Source: Entomortierella parvispora E1425 (Eukaryota; Fungi; Mortierellomycota). Taken from it: a stretch of DNA of 64,000 nucleotides. The DNA lies in NCBI GenBank assembly GCA_020891255.1, contig BQFW01000008.1:1488001-1552000 (forward strand), read 5' to 3'. The first letter of the stretch is position 1, and each line of letters starts with the position of its first letter. Below the pieces are notes generated by a model that saw nothing but the letters and a program-made list of their open reading frames with translations, made no database searches and was not told the origin of the DNA. Shown one piece after another: positions 12,901-24,516 of the stretch. A program made the position numbers and the translations under genes.

Positions 12901-14231
12901 CATGTTAATATCACTGATAGTTTCAAGCGTGCCTGCCTTCAGAACTACCGCTCTCAAATTGGCTTCTTGTCAGATCAATCCCTCCACCTGGCCTGTGGAC
13001 TCTGTGTTTCGTTCGCCTCTAAAGATATGATGTATATCCGTAAGTGCCTCAACTTTACTCGGATGCAGTCTCATTTATAGTGAAAATGGCTCTTTACTAA
13101 GGTGATATTTCATGTCAACCTACGCTCCTATATTACAGCTCGCCAGCCCGCCGAAATCTGTGCCATGGCACCGGTCGCCATTCAGCTCGCTTGTGCGACC
13201 CCATCAGACGACATCCGCTACGTCGGCATGTTTATGTCTCTTGGAGTGTACTTTGCTGGAATCAGTGTTGGAGCTTCAACGTTTGGTGATGAAAAAGGTA
13301 AGTCTTTTTCACTATTGCCGTGTCGCTGGCCATGCAATGACAAACGACCCATATTGGTAACACTTTTTTTTTTCATGGACATATTGATAGCCGTCTTCTG
13401 GCGTGATACGTCTGCAGGCATGCCCACTCTTCCATATTACTTGGCCAAAGTCCTTGCTGATGTTCCTCGGATGATCGTCGCCTGTACGCTTTGAAAATAA
13501 CTATGTTTTTTTTTGTTTTCCAGTCTGCATCTAAGTCTAATATCTTTCATTTTTTTTCAGCCTGCATGTACACCGGTGCGTTTATTTTCTTCTTCGCATA
13601 CCAGCAGCAGCTGAGCTCACTCTGGTTGGTGATCATGTTGTTGTACGTCAATGCATTTGCGATGGGCTACTTTGTCTCGTCCGTAGTGGGACGACCAATG
13701 TTCGGACTGACGGGCACGGGTATGTCTCTGGCATGGGCCTTGGTTTTGAGCGGAACTGCTCCTCATCTTTGGAAGGTGATGAACAGCGCTGGGTATAGAT
13801 CCGTCCGCTGGGTTTGGCAAGTCAGTGCGCCTCGTTGGGGCGTTGAGGCTTTCTATTTGAAAGAGATGTCTTCTCGCAAGTAAGCTTATTATGGAAAGCA
13901 AACAGGCCCGTCGATTTCGTTTGAAGTGAGGGCTTCTTGTACTGACCTGGAAACGATCGATTGACACTGCTAGCTACAACGAGTTGACTCACAACTACCT
14001 CGGAGATATGTATGCCTTTGAGCATTACGAGAATGCCATCATGTCAATGGTCTATATTGGTCTTGTAAGAAGAAGAAAGGAAAAAAAAAGGATTTCCTGG
14101 TCATTTACAACAAAGTGAAAGCAAAAATTCCTAACACGCGGCCTCATCTCTTTCAATTGTTTTGTTGTTAGGGATGGAACGTGATTACGTTCACATTGAT
14201 GAAGTTACTCAATCGCCACAAGGTCAAATAA
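9904..14231 (+). CDS. ABCG-type half transporter with N-terminal Cys-rich extracellular region; multi-exon
   Basis: Walker A GPSGAGKTT, signature ISGGERKRV and Walker B ILFLDEPTSGLDS, with a TM helix before the NBD (GLGAILFAFALMVMSVFAV) and ABC2 membrane helices after it. Upstream exons encode CLPGFYCP/CCKGYLC/CPAGYFCP. The last exon reads GWNVITFTLMKLLNRHKVK-stop at 14231. Confidence 0.88.
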
Positions 14232-14693
14232 GATAGACATCTTTTAGAATTCACCAATTCTTACTCTCATATCCTTGCTTCTCCACCCATCCTTTCTTCT
14301 GTAATACAATGATTCCTCTGTGAAATCTCAAAAAAACTGGGGGAAAAGCTGTTAAGGAAGCTCGTCGTTACTAGACAATCTTCATTTGCCTTAGGCGACT
14401 GTGCCCGTCGCAAAAATGGTCCCTGAAATGTTGCCTGTCACACACTGGGGAATTTACGATTTTTTTTTTTAATTTCTCTTTCAAATCATGTCCAATTCGG
14501 CCCATTTTTTCATCAAAACACTCTATTTTCGCTTGGGATCATGATAGGCACCATTTCCGGCGCCCCAAGCCTCTCCTTAGAAGGAACTTCTGGGCTCTCA
14601 AGAAAGTGTGGTATATAGACGATCTGAATTTCAATGTTAATATCTGGTCTCCGAAATCGAGCCAATCATGGCTTCAAACAGGCGGTCAAGGTC

Positions 14694-14766
14694 GGGGATC
14701 TAGCTCAAATGGTAGAGCGCTCGCTTAGCATGCGAGAGGCACTGGGATCGATGCCCAGGTTCTCCA
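14694..14766 (+). tRNA. tRNA-Ala(AGC): tRNA-Ala, anticodon AGC (IGC), intronless
   Basis: 73-nt cloverleaf: GGGGATC/GTTCTCC acceptor stem with the G3:U70 alanine identity pair (one U6-U67 mismatch), D arm GCTC/GAGC, anticodon arm CTCGC-TTAGCAT-GCGAG, T arm CTGGG-ATCGATG-CCCAG. Followed by TTTT at 14771. Confidence 0.96.
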
Positions 14767-14770
14767 ATTC

Positions 14771-14806
14771 TTTTGCCTAGTTTCGACTAGGAAGAGTTTT
14801 TTTTTT
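14771..14806 (+). terminator. Pol III terminator region of tRNA-Ala (T4, hairpin, then T10)
   Basis: TTTT at 14771-14774 and a T10 run at 14797-14806. Confidence 0.55.
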
Positions 14807-14939
14807 GTCGCCAGGAGCGTCTTAGCTCCTATACCGCCGACCAGGGTCGTTGTTTAATTTTCCACCGTCCAACAAGGGAGGACCTTCGTTTTGGGTCGCG
14901 TATCTGTCGATCTAGTCATTCTTTACCAGAAGCAGCCGA

Positions 14940-14942
<3 letters not shown>

Positions 14943-14972
<30 letters not shown>
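14943..14972. repeat. (CT)15 microsatellite
   Basis: Read directly from the sequence. Confidence 0.9.
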
Positions 14973-14973
<1 letters not shown>

Positions 14974-15723
14974 AAGCACCGACATCACCTTGTAATCGTA
15001 TCCGCCGACTTGTCTTTATCTTATTTGCGGACCTTTCTAACCAACCTTTCTCTTTACGAATCGTTTCACTTCCGCAATGCCAACACGCTCAAATGACTAT
15101 TCCTTATTTAGCAGGCGATATGGCCTCATGGGCTTTGCACATCTTCAATATCACTAGTTAGCTCACACAAAGTGTGTTTTTGGGCGTATTCAATGACAAA
15201 GTAGTGAACTGAAGAACAAAAGATCGGTAAATAGACTGTTCATCTTTTTTTTCTCTCAGTTGTCAAAAAGATGGACTGTAATAATGTAGACAATATTTGT
15301 TCTGTCCTTTTGATGTAGCAGTGCGTCTTTCATTAGTAATGGCACTGAGAGCCATGGTTTCAGCGATGGTCGCTGATAACATAGCAACAACATAGCAAGG
15401 AGTTGAGAACGCTCCTATTTCAATACATTTCCTGCCAAAAAATAAATATATTATTTTCCATTGTAGACTTGCTGACATACTCCAACACAGAGTGGGATAG
15501 GTTCGAGGAGGATCATTGAAGAGAATAAAAACTCCAGAAAGCTGGCGTGCCGCAGCACATACGAAGTTAAAAAATACGGTGACAGTCACGTGGCGGTTTC
15601 ATGAGCTGGCCTGCTGGGCATTGGGTTTTGGGCACATTCTTTGTGGGTCATTCCTTTCCTCGATTGACCATCCTTCTATCTCCTCTTCATCCTACTCACC
15701 AAATCCGATACAGGAATCCAACC

Positions 15724-18104
15724 ATGAGCTGGAATCTGGGAAAAACTGGGTCCAACACGACGCCGCTTGGCCCTCGCAAGAGAATGATTGGCGACGTTTC
15801 TGACCCCTCTGATCAGCATGACCGTGGACGCTCCTCAGAGCCAACAGAGAGATCAGGCAGCAGATTCAGTGACAATGCTTCTCATTACGATCGTCCAACC
15901 TCATCCCATTCGCCTACACCTGCACCGTATGTTCCCAAAGCTGCAGATCATTCCGTTGTAAAACAGGAGAGTAAGTTTATTTGCTCTGTAGTTAAAAGTA
16001 TGAAGGTATCGATGGTACCTGGAACTTAAACTGATCACCTTCTGCACTGTTTTGTCGTTGATAGACGGTATTGAGGAACCAAGGAAGAAACGTAGAAGTC
16101 GTTGGGCAGCAGAGGAAGAAAAAGTCACTATTCCAGGCATGCCCACTGCTTTGCCCACGAATATGACGGAGGAGCAGCTCGAGATGTTTTTGTGTAAGTG
16201 CATGTTTATGCCGTGGTAGATCAAGGAGTGCTTTATAGTAACTGATCAACTAATTTTTTGAATCTACTGAAATAGTGCACACAAGACTCGAGGAGATTAC
16301 CAGGAAACTGAGAACAGGAGATGTACTTCCCCTTGACCGGGCCAGGTATTGTATTGCTCATATATCTTCTGGACAGGTCGATCACACCTTGGAGCTTTTG
16401 TATAAAGAAACTGACCAGAGATCTTTTGGTGACTTTTCTAGATCTCGTTCACCAGAGCCGGTTTATAACGCAGAGGGAAAACGTGTCAACACCAGAGAAT
16501 ACCGGTATCGCAAAAAGCTGGAAGACGAGCGGCACTCATTGATCGACGGCGCCATTAAAAAGTACCCCGACTTTCGTCCTCCTGCCGACTATAAACGGCC
16601 AACAAAGACGATGGATAAAGTATACATCCCAGTCAAAGAGTTTCCAGAGATCAACTTTATTGGTCTTTTGATCGGACCTCGTGGAAACACTCTCAAAAAG
16701 ATGGAGACAGAATCTGGCGCCAAGATCAGTATTCGTGGCAAGGGTTCAGTAAAGGAAGGAAAAAGTCGTTCTGATTCAGCGTCGAGCTCAAATCTCGAGG
16801 AGGACTTGCATTGTTTGGTCTCTGCGGATACCGAGGAGAAAGTCGCCAAGGCTATCCAGCTTATCAACAAGATTATCGAAACTGTAAGGATGTTATGCCT
16901 GCGTTCTTCCACGATCCATTTTTTTTTCTTTGCAACGATTTTAACTCCTTTTTTTTTATATATTTATAGTCGGCCTCTGTTCCTGAAGGGCAAAACGAGC
17001 TTAAGCGCATGCAACTGCGAGAGCTGGCCTCTTTGAACGGAACGCTCAGAGATGATGAGAATCAGACTTGTTTGAACTGTGGTGGATTGGGCCATCGTAG
17101 ATACGAATGTCCCGAAATCCACAATGTCACAATTAACTTGGTCTGTGGTATTTGCGGTGGTCATGGGCACGCTACTCGTGATTGTCGTGAACGCAACAAC
17201 CCGGAGGCAGCAGAGAAGGCTCAGCAAAGGAACCAGAAGATTGACTCCGAATACTTGAACTTGATGGCCGAGCTTGGCGAGCAAGTTCCGGCTGATGTTG
17301 CCAGAGCTGCAGCAGCACCGGAACGCGAGCGGGACAATGAAAGCAGGGGTCCTTCGGTGAGCATTGTTTATTGTTTCAGGGATATTGTTTATTCATATTA
17401 GAGTTTCCTAACCTAGTTGTAATATGTTTTCTTAGGGGCACTATGGGCCGTCTTCAGCAAGGAGCCAGTCTGGATCGGCTCCTCCTCCTTGGGCAAACAG
17501 AGAGTCAAGGGATTCAAGAGATTCCAGAGACTATCGTGACCAACGTGATCACAGAGATTACAGAGATTCGAGAGATTCGAGAGATTCGCGGGATTCTAGA
17601 GACTCAAGGGAACCTCGAGAGTCTGCGCCACCACCATGGGCCACACGGTCCTCTGCACCTCCTCCTTGGCAGCAGCAAGGAGCATCTGGCTCATATGGCT
17701 CTGCTCCTCCACCACCGCCACCACCCGCGGCACCATGGAATGCGGCTCCTGGATCGGACCCCGCCGCTCCCCCCCCTCCTCCTGCTTACCCCCAAGCAGG
17801 CTATCCCTATAACCCTTACGCAGGATACTATGCACCCTATGGAGCACCCCCTCCCCCACCTCCAGTCGCGCCTCCTGGCTGGGTAAGTTACTTGACAGAG
17901 CTTTTCGAACTTTGCCGTTGTTTTTCTGCATAATCTAACTTATCATTCATTTTTGGGTCACTTCCTTTTAAATAGGCCGGAGCTCCTGGCATGCCTCCAC
18001 CTCCACCTCCACCTCCCGTGTCCGCACCTCCTCCTCCCCCCGGTCATGCAGCCCCTCCTCCTCCACCACCCTCTTCGCAGCCGCCGCCACCACCTCCCAT
18101 GTAG
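15724..18104 (+). CDS. MSL5: Branch-point binding protein BBP/SF1; multi-exon
   Basis: U2AF-ligand motif RKRRSRW, SF1 helix-hairpin (RLEEITRKL; [15 protein letters not shown]), KH-QUA2 domain ([19 protein letters not shown]), two CCHC knuckles ([28 protein letters not shown]) and a Pro-rich tail ending PPPPM-stop at 18104. Confidence 0.95.
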
Positions 18105-18303
18105 TTTTTTTAACACGTTATCGCTGTAGCATTATCAAATTTTGTCAAATAAGGACAGTTAGAACAAGAGAGGGCCGAGGTAACATCTGACAGTGTTATT
18201 TAATGAGTGCATTGCAAATGACACAGATACTAGCTATATGCGTTGAGTATTATATGAGAGTAAATGGCTGTCTATAAATTCTCCAAATCCACTCTTTTTT
18301 GTT

Positions 18304-18735
18304 TTACAAGAGCTGGGCAAGAGCAGCCACTCCTCCTCCCAAAATAACGAGCGCCTTGAGTGGCGCATTCTCCAAAGCATTGCCGGCCGAGGGTTTGTTG
18401 GTGGTGGTGGGGAGGGCGTGTGCGCTGGTAACTGAAGGGTGAGCACTGATGACGGGAGGGACAACAGCCGGAAGGGTGGCCGAGGGAGCAGGAGCACCGG
18501 TGATGGACGCAGGGGCAGGCACAGAGGCTGACGCAGGCGCACTTGGCTCGGCGGACACAGATGCAAATGGAGATGCAGATACGTCCGGGGAGGGAGAAGG
18601 AGAAGGAGAAGGTGAGGGAGAAGGCGAGGGAGAAGGCGAGGGAGAAGGGGAGACCGAGGCGGACTGATGCTTTTTGGCCGAGGCGGCGATGGCCAAGCAG
18701 GCAACGATGAGGAAGGTTGAGGTGGTGAACTTCAT
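18304..18735 (-). CDS. Small secreted Ser/Pro/Ala-rich, probably GPI-anchored cell-surface protein (143 aa)
   Basis: Signal peptide MKFTTSTFLIVACLAIAASA, an (SP)11 repeat, an A/S/P/T-rich stalk and a hydrophobic C-terminus (SAGNALENAPLKALVILGGGVAALAQLL). TATAAAA lies upstream. Confidence 0.8.
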   Translation of the reverse strand: MKFTTSTFLIVACLAIAASAKKHQSASVSPSPSPSPSPSPSPSPSPSPSPDVSASPFASVSAEPSAPASASVPAPASITGAPAPSATLPAVVPPVISAHPSVTSAHALPTTTNKPSAGNALENAPLKALVILGGGVAALAQLL

Positions 18736-18860
18736 GGTTGTACGTTGGTGAGGTAAATTGATTGTCTTGAAAGAGAAGGTTGCAAATGCGGAATGTAGTG
18801 AGAAGGCAGCGTGTTGAAGAATAATAAAAAAAGTCAAAACAAAAGAAACAACAGCATGCC

Positions 18861-18867
18861 TTTTATA
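18861..18867 (-). promoter_or_regulatory. TATA box of the SP-repeat gene
   Basis: TATAAAA on the minus strand, 132 nt before the ATG. Confidence 0.6.
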
Positions 18868-19318
18868 GGCGGGAGTTGCTTCGAGATAAGAGGCTGGGTG
18901 AGGGGGGGGGGAAGGGGGCTCAATCCTCATCTTCAGCACCAGAACCATTGTCCAGACCAAGCGATAATGGATAATGTTAGTTCTGTTCACGTTGTCCATG
19001 TCTATATCAAGGCTTATCGAGGAGAGCTGAGCCAGGCTCAGGGTTAAGCAGGCCTTTCCTTTTTTTCCCAAGACGCGAACTAGACCAGCCCAGAATGTCG
19101 CCAATTCTTTAGCAATTTGCGTGTGAGGGCATGCAGGTGAACAAGGGGACGGGGGGAGAAGAGGACAATCCAGGGCGGTGTTGGATGTGCACTAGAGGGA
19201 GAGGAGACGGGAGCCCTATTTTTACATGTCACCCTCAGGGGCAAAGATTACTGTTGTTTATTTGAAGATCCTGGAAAGATGACAACCTAGCGAGGTTAGA
19301 AGGTACAGAGCAAGAGGC

Positions 19319-19346
19319 GGGGGGTGGGGGGTGGGGGGTGGGGGGG
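19319..19346 (+). repeat. (G6T)n G-rich tract
   Basis: G6-T-G6-T-G6-T-G7. Confidence 0.85.
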
Positions 19347-19614
19347 TGAGGAAGAGATGGATGGTCCAGCCCACTCTAATGTACCGTAGCGCTGTAGTTG
19401 TGGTAGTGCACGCGTTGTACCTTGCCAGGAAGCGTGGGCTGTTCGTGAAATGAATTCGTGAAATGAAGACCCTCGTTGGCCGTGTTTCCCTCCCTCCACG
19501 TGATTTTTTTTTCACTTTTTTTTTTTTTCTCGAGGGCTTTTTTTTTTCGCGCGTGGCACTTTTTTTTATTTTTAATTCCTTTTCATATTCTTACCAACTT
19601 TTTTCCGTCTTTCC

Positions 19615-21382
19615 ATGATCATGCCAAGCCCTATCGAAGGAGATGGCAGGGGTCAAGAAGATGACGATGGCATTCGGTTACCAGAACACCCATCCTCGCC
19701 TGAGCAGGAATTCAATCAGCCTAAAGTTGTGTCACCCACCGTGGCATCTTTTGTCGAAAACTCACCACGCCACCCTCACGGTAATCAAACAAGGTTCAAT
19801 CAGAGTCCTTTCGTTGCGGCCACCCCAGAATTTCAAGATGCCAGATCGTCAGCAGTGGAGCCAGAGATACACCTTCTCCCTAGTCAACTACGCCACCGAC
19901 ACGAGACTACCAAAGCACAGCGACAACAACAACAACTACTACTAAAGGAGCAGGCCCTCTCGGAAGATACGCAGGACTCATCCAGCCTAAACACCATCAA
20001 CGTAGGCGATAGTGGATCTTATTTCCAAGTGGCACCTTCAGAGGACCCAACGAACAAGGATGACAGATCATCTCATCTCCTCGACACCGAAACTGTAGTC
20101 GAGAGCCCGCTGAGGCATCAAGGAGGCAAGGCCACTTTTAACGACCATGATAGCTCAAATGAGGACACGAATTTCCTTCAAATGACTCCACCAGACAATC
20201 TGGCCTCATCCTTTCATTGCGCCAGGGGAGGGGATAGTGGAGCGCTAGTTCGAGCCAACTCGTATAGTATATTCGAGTCCCTCTCCAACAAGAGCCGAGG
20301 TCCTCCATCCGATTCGTCCTACGATTGGTCTTCAACCCCCATTGCTTTATCGCAGGCATCCCACTTCCCAAAGAACATTGAACTCGCAGCAGGGGAATCC
20401 TTAGCAGAAGGACGCTGGTCGTCCGATCTACCCGAGATCATGATGCCGACTCGTGACTGGGTCAAGATGCAAACTCGAATCAACTCTTTGGAGCAAGAGG
20501 TGCTACATGTCACTCGGACCAATATCTTGTTGAACCAGGAGCTCGATAAACTCAACAACCACCTTTTGAGACTCACGAGTGAGGAAGGGGCTGGTTGGCG
20601 AAAGGAATATGAATTCCTGGTCCAACAAGTGGACCTGATGCATCGGCAGCTGCAACTGGCTTACAGTCAAGGACAAGGCGGAGGCGGGTCGGCGGTCGCC
20701 TCTCTGTCAACAAGGCCCAATAATGTGGAGGGTCAGTCGCAACAGCCAGAAATGACCAGCCAGTTGCATGCAGAAGTCAAGGACCTTACAGCCTCCCTCC
20801 GGAGTTGGCAAGCGGCTTTTCAGCAGGCTGAAGAAAAATACCGCAAAAAGTGTGGTATGTATTATATGAGTTTTTTTTTTTGTTTTTTTGTTCTGCTGGT
20901 CCTGGCCGTATTCCTGTCTGACAAAGAAAGAATTCTTTGAAATGATAGATGGAGAACGCGTGCTCAAGCAAACTCTTCGAGAACGAGAAACCCAACTCTC
21001 TGCCCTGGCTGCAAAATTGTCTGGATATGAAGACGAGTTCCAAAAGTCAATCTCCAACTATGAACAACTCGTTCGTCTTTCCACAGAATTGGAGGTTCTA
21101 GAGGGTAAAAAGCGGAGGTCGAGCAAATCTGACAGCACTTCAGTGGACAGCAGTCGTCATGGAGCTTTACGAAACCGCATCTCCTCCAGAGCCGAGAAGG
21201 ACGAGCAGGCCACGGCCACTCTGCAGAGTAACAGAGACGTTGTCGCTCACCAACTTCAAGGCCACATGCCCGGTGTTTTCCCCGGTGGAGAGCAACGGCT
21301 AGTCTTGGCTCCCAATGTCGACAAACTTACTGTTTCCATAATGTCATGGGCCGCCCTACTGGCAACTTATATGCTATCATAA
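19615..21382 (+). CDS. Uncharacterised coiled-coil protein with C-terminal hydrophobic tail; 2 exons (intron 20855-20948)
   Basis: A 441-aa ORF splices in frame (TGTG/gtatgt...gatag/AT) to the 20888-21382 frame. Heptad-like segments include RINSLEQEVLHVTRTNILLNQELDKL and LKQTLRERETQLSALAAKL. Confidence 0.72.
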
Positions 21383-21457
21383 TCTCGGTGCGCTGGCAGA
21401 CAGGAAACAGAGTTTTTGAAAATGCAAAATAAATGATGATGTCTATTGTTTTTGATG

Positions 21458-24400
21458 CTACTCCATGTCTTCGTCACTATCTTCCTCGTCCTCATCGTCT
21501 TCGCTATCTTCGTCGTCTTCACTCTCGCCTTCAGCCTCCTCGGCCTCCTCAGCCTCTGGTGCGGGTGCTGGCTCAGTTGAGGTGGTGGCAGTGGCAGCTC
21601 TAGCTGCAGCGAAAGCATCATGCCTCTCCTTGGCCAAAAGCTCCTCCTCAGCCTTTCTCTGGGCTCTGCTCTCGGCCTCTCCATCCTCCATATCCAGGTT
21701 ATCCATATCACCCATCATTGTCATCAAGTCCATGGCCTGAACAGTATAATCAACCACAAAGCTGCGGACCGACAGAGCCTCCACACGCTGGAAGTGACGG
21801 TCACTGTAGGGCAAGAGTCCATCCAACAAATCCTTGACACCAGGCACCTCAATCATTTCTGAGACCTTGCGATCCCTCAAGATTGCATGCAAGACAGTCT
21901 GAGCTGGACGCATGTTCTTGGCATGGGTGTTCCAGTCACGGACATAGCCCAACAGCTTGGCCAACTGGTCCAAAGAAAGTCCCTTCAAGACCTTGTCCAC
22001 GGCCTCCAATCCAGTGATAGAGACATCGTGTTCAGGGCGATCCTGCAAAATCTGGTTAAAGAGCTGCAAGAGACGGAAGGGCTGCTCCAAGGACAGGGCT
22101 AACGTGATGGCGTTCTTCCAGTCCTTGCGTTGCAAGTAGTTGGACAACTCTTGCTCTTTGAGAACCAGATCGGCCTTGGCCTGCTTCTTCTCGGCATACT
22201 CAGTCTCGGTGAAATCCTCCCAAAGGTTGATCATCGAGTCTGCTCCTCCAGTCACCACCATGTTTTCATCCTTGCGAACGGCGAGGGCCCAGATCTTTTC
22301 CGTGTGGTTGTCCAAAGTGGCAACGCACTCGTTCGTGCGGATCGTCCACAACTTGACCAGGCCATCAGAGCCACAAGAGACCAATTGAAGTCCAGAGGTC
22401 AAAAAGTCAACCTTGAGGATAGAGTTGGTGTGACCCTCAAACGTTCTCAAACAGCTGAAGTCGTTCAAGGACCAAATCTTGATTGTCCGGTCTCCTGAAC
22501 TGGTGGCAAGACATTGATCAACAGGGGAAAACTTGACAGACCAAACACCACGCTTGTGACCCTTGCAGGTACCAATAAGAGATCCGTCCTGCAAGTTCCA
22601 AAGCTTGGCCAGCTTGTCCTGCGATCCAGTAGCAAAGACCTTGTCGTTGGGGGCAATGGCGATGGTGTTGATGTCCTTGTCGTGGGCCTGAACAGTGTAG
22701 TGCGACTTGAAACGCAAGTTCTCATCGGGCTCATCCAAATCTAATACATAACAAAGGATTAGTCTCAAACCCAGAGATATCCTTGGGGCTACACAAAAAC
22801 AAACTAGCGTAAAAACTCACCAGCTGTGCTCAGATCCCAGCACTTGATGGTTCGATCCTGGGAGCCAGTAAGGAGCAAGCCATCTGTCTTCCTCGTCAAG
22901 GCGACGGCACCAATAGCCTCTGTATGACCAACACACGTTCCTATGCACTTGTATCTCTCATCCGCATCCTCGTTCTCCAAGTCCAAGGTCCAGACCTTGG
23001 CGGTATTATCTTTTGATCCCGAAGCCATCAAGGTTCCGTCCGTGTTCCTGTCCAAGCAAATAACAATGTCGGTATGGCCATAGATGAGATCGCACTCAAA
23101 CTCCTTGAGGTTGAAAACTCTGATTTGTTCACTGTTGGCTGCAACAGCCAAATGGGTCTCCTCCTCTCCAATGTATGCCACGTCAATGATCTCGTCGTTG
23201 TAACCAACAATCTGCTTCACACGCTTGAGGTCATTTGCAATATCAAAGAAGATGATGTTTTGGTCACTGGTGATAGACACGAGTTGCTGCGACTCTGTGT
23301 TGTATCTAATATCGGTTCAAGTAAGAGCGTTAAAATACAGGTCTCGAGGGACGAAGAGTCGCATGAATTTGGATCCGAGGCTGGACTTACAAGACATCCG
23401 AAACGCCGGATTTGCTTCCTTGCTCTTCCTTTTGCTTTGCAATCAACTGTCCAGACCTCAAATCCCAGATGCGAATGACACCACTGTCACCGGCGGTATA
23501 GAACAGCTCCTTGTCAGACACGTCCTTGTCTCCAATGGTCTCGAACTTGGACTTTTGAAGGATACCGACAGTTTCCAAAGTTTCATAGATGGGGTAGGTA
23601 GTCGCAAGCTTGTAGCTAGCAAGGTCCCAGACGTTGACGACCTTATCACGAGAACCACTGATCAGGGTCTTTCCAGAGTTCGAAACAGCCAATCCACGGA
23701 TAACAGAGACGTGACTCTCCAAGCATGCAGCCTGCTTTCTGGTCTGAAGGTCCCAAACACGAACTGTGCAATCGTCCGCTCCAGAGAACAAGGACCACTT
23801 TGTGCGATCGGGATGGAAGAGAACAGCCGAGATAACGCCTCCATGTCCCTTGAAGTTGTGTGTACAGAATCCTCCTGCAATGTCCCAGACTTTGACGGTG
23901 CTATCAGCCGATCCAGTGGCCACCAAGGTCGAGGTGGGATCAATAGCCATCACAATAATGGGTGCATCATGGGCCTAAAAGAAAAAGGAATTCATATATG
24001 ATGTGAGCATCGAGATTTCGTACATATAGGCGACCTCACTTGTCACGGTATGAAAAAAAAAAGTCTTTCCTACCTTCAAACTCCTGATGACAGTTCCTGT
24101 GCGGAGGTCCCAGGTCTTGAGCAACAAACTTCTGCTCGCGCTCACAAGTGTGTTGCCATCAGGGGTGACGGCAAACGTGGTGATGATCTCAGTGTCTCCC
24201 TTGAGCCTCCAGACCTTCTTTCCAGTCTTGATCTCGATCACATCAATGTCCTCGCCAACGGTTGTGATAAGAAACTGCTCATCCTGAGATATGCAGACCT
24301 TTCCTCCAGTGTAGATGGACTCGATTGTCTGTGTAGATTTGAAGCTGCATAATTGAAAGAGTCAAATGATTCCCGATCAGTATTCAATACAGCATGAATT

Positions 24401-24516
24401 CCTCATTCATCGGCAGAAAAGACATCCAAGTCTGAGTATGCGCAAGCCTGTAAGGGTCGGTTCGTTATTTACCTGGTCTTCAGGTGGATTTTACCCTGGG
24501 GCGGTGCTTGCGCCAT
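21458..24516 (-). CDS. UTP13: U3 snoRNP WD40 protein Utp13/TBL3; about 5 exons
   Basis: Many WD40 repeats (GHKRGVWSVKFSP, GHTNSILKVDF, GHGGVISAVLFHP) and a Utp13 C-terminal domain (LLGYVRDWNTHAKN, LLPYSDRHFQRV). First exon MAQAPPQGKIHLKT starts at ATG 24516; acidic tail. Confidence 0.94.

Noticed and set aside
24467-24476. U1 snRNA 5'-end-like ATTTACCTGG
   Set aside because: It is the reverse complement of the UTP13 intron-1 donor (CCAG/GTAAAT); no U1 stem-loops follow.
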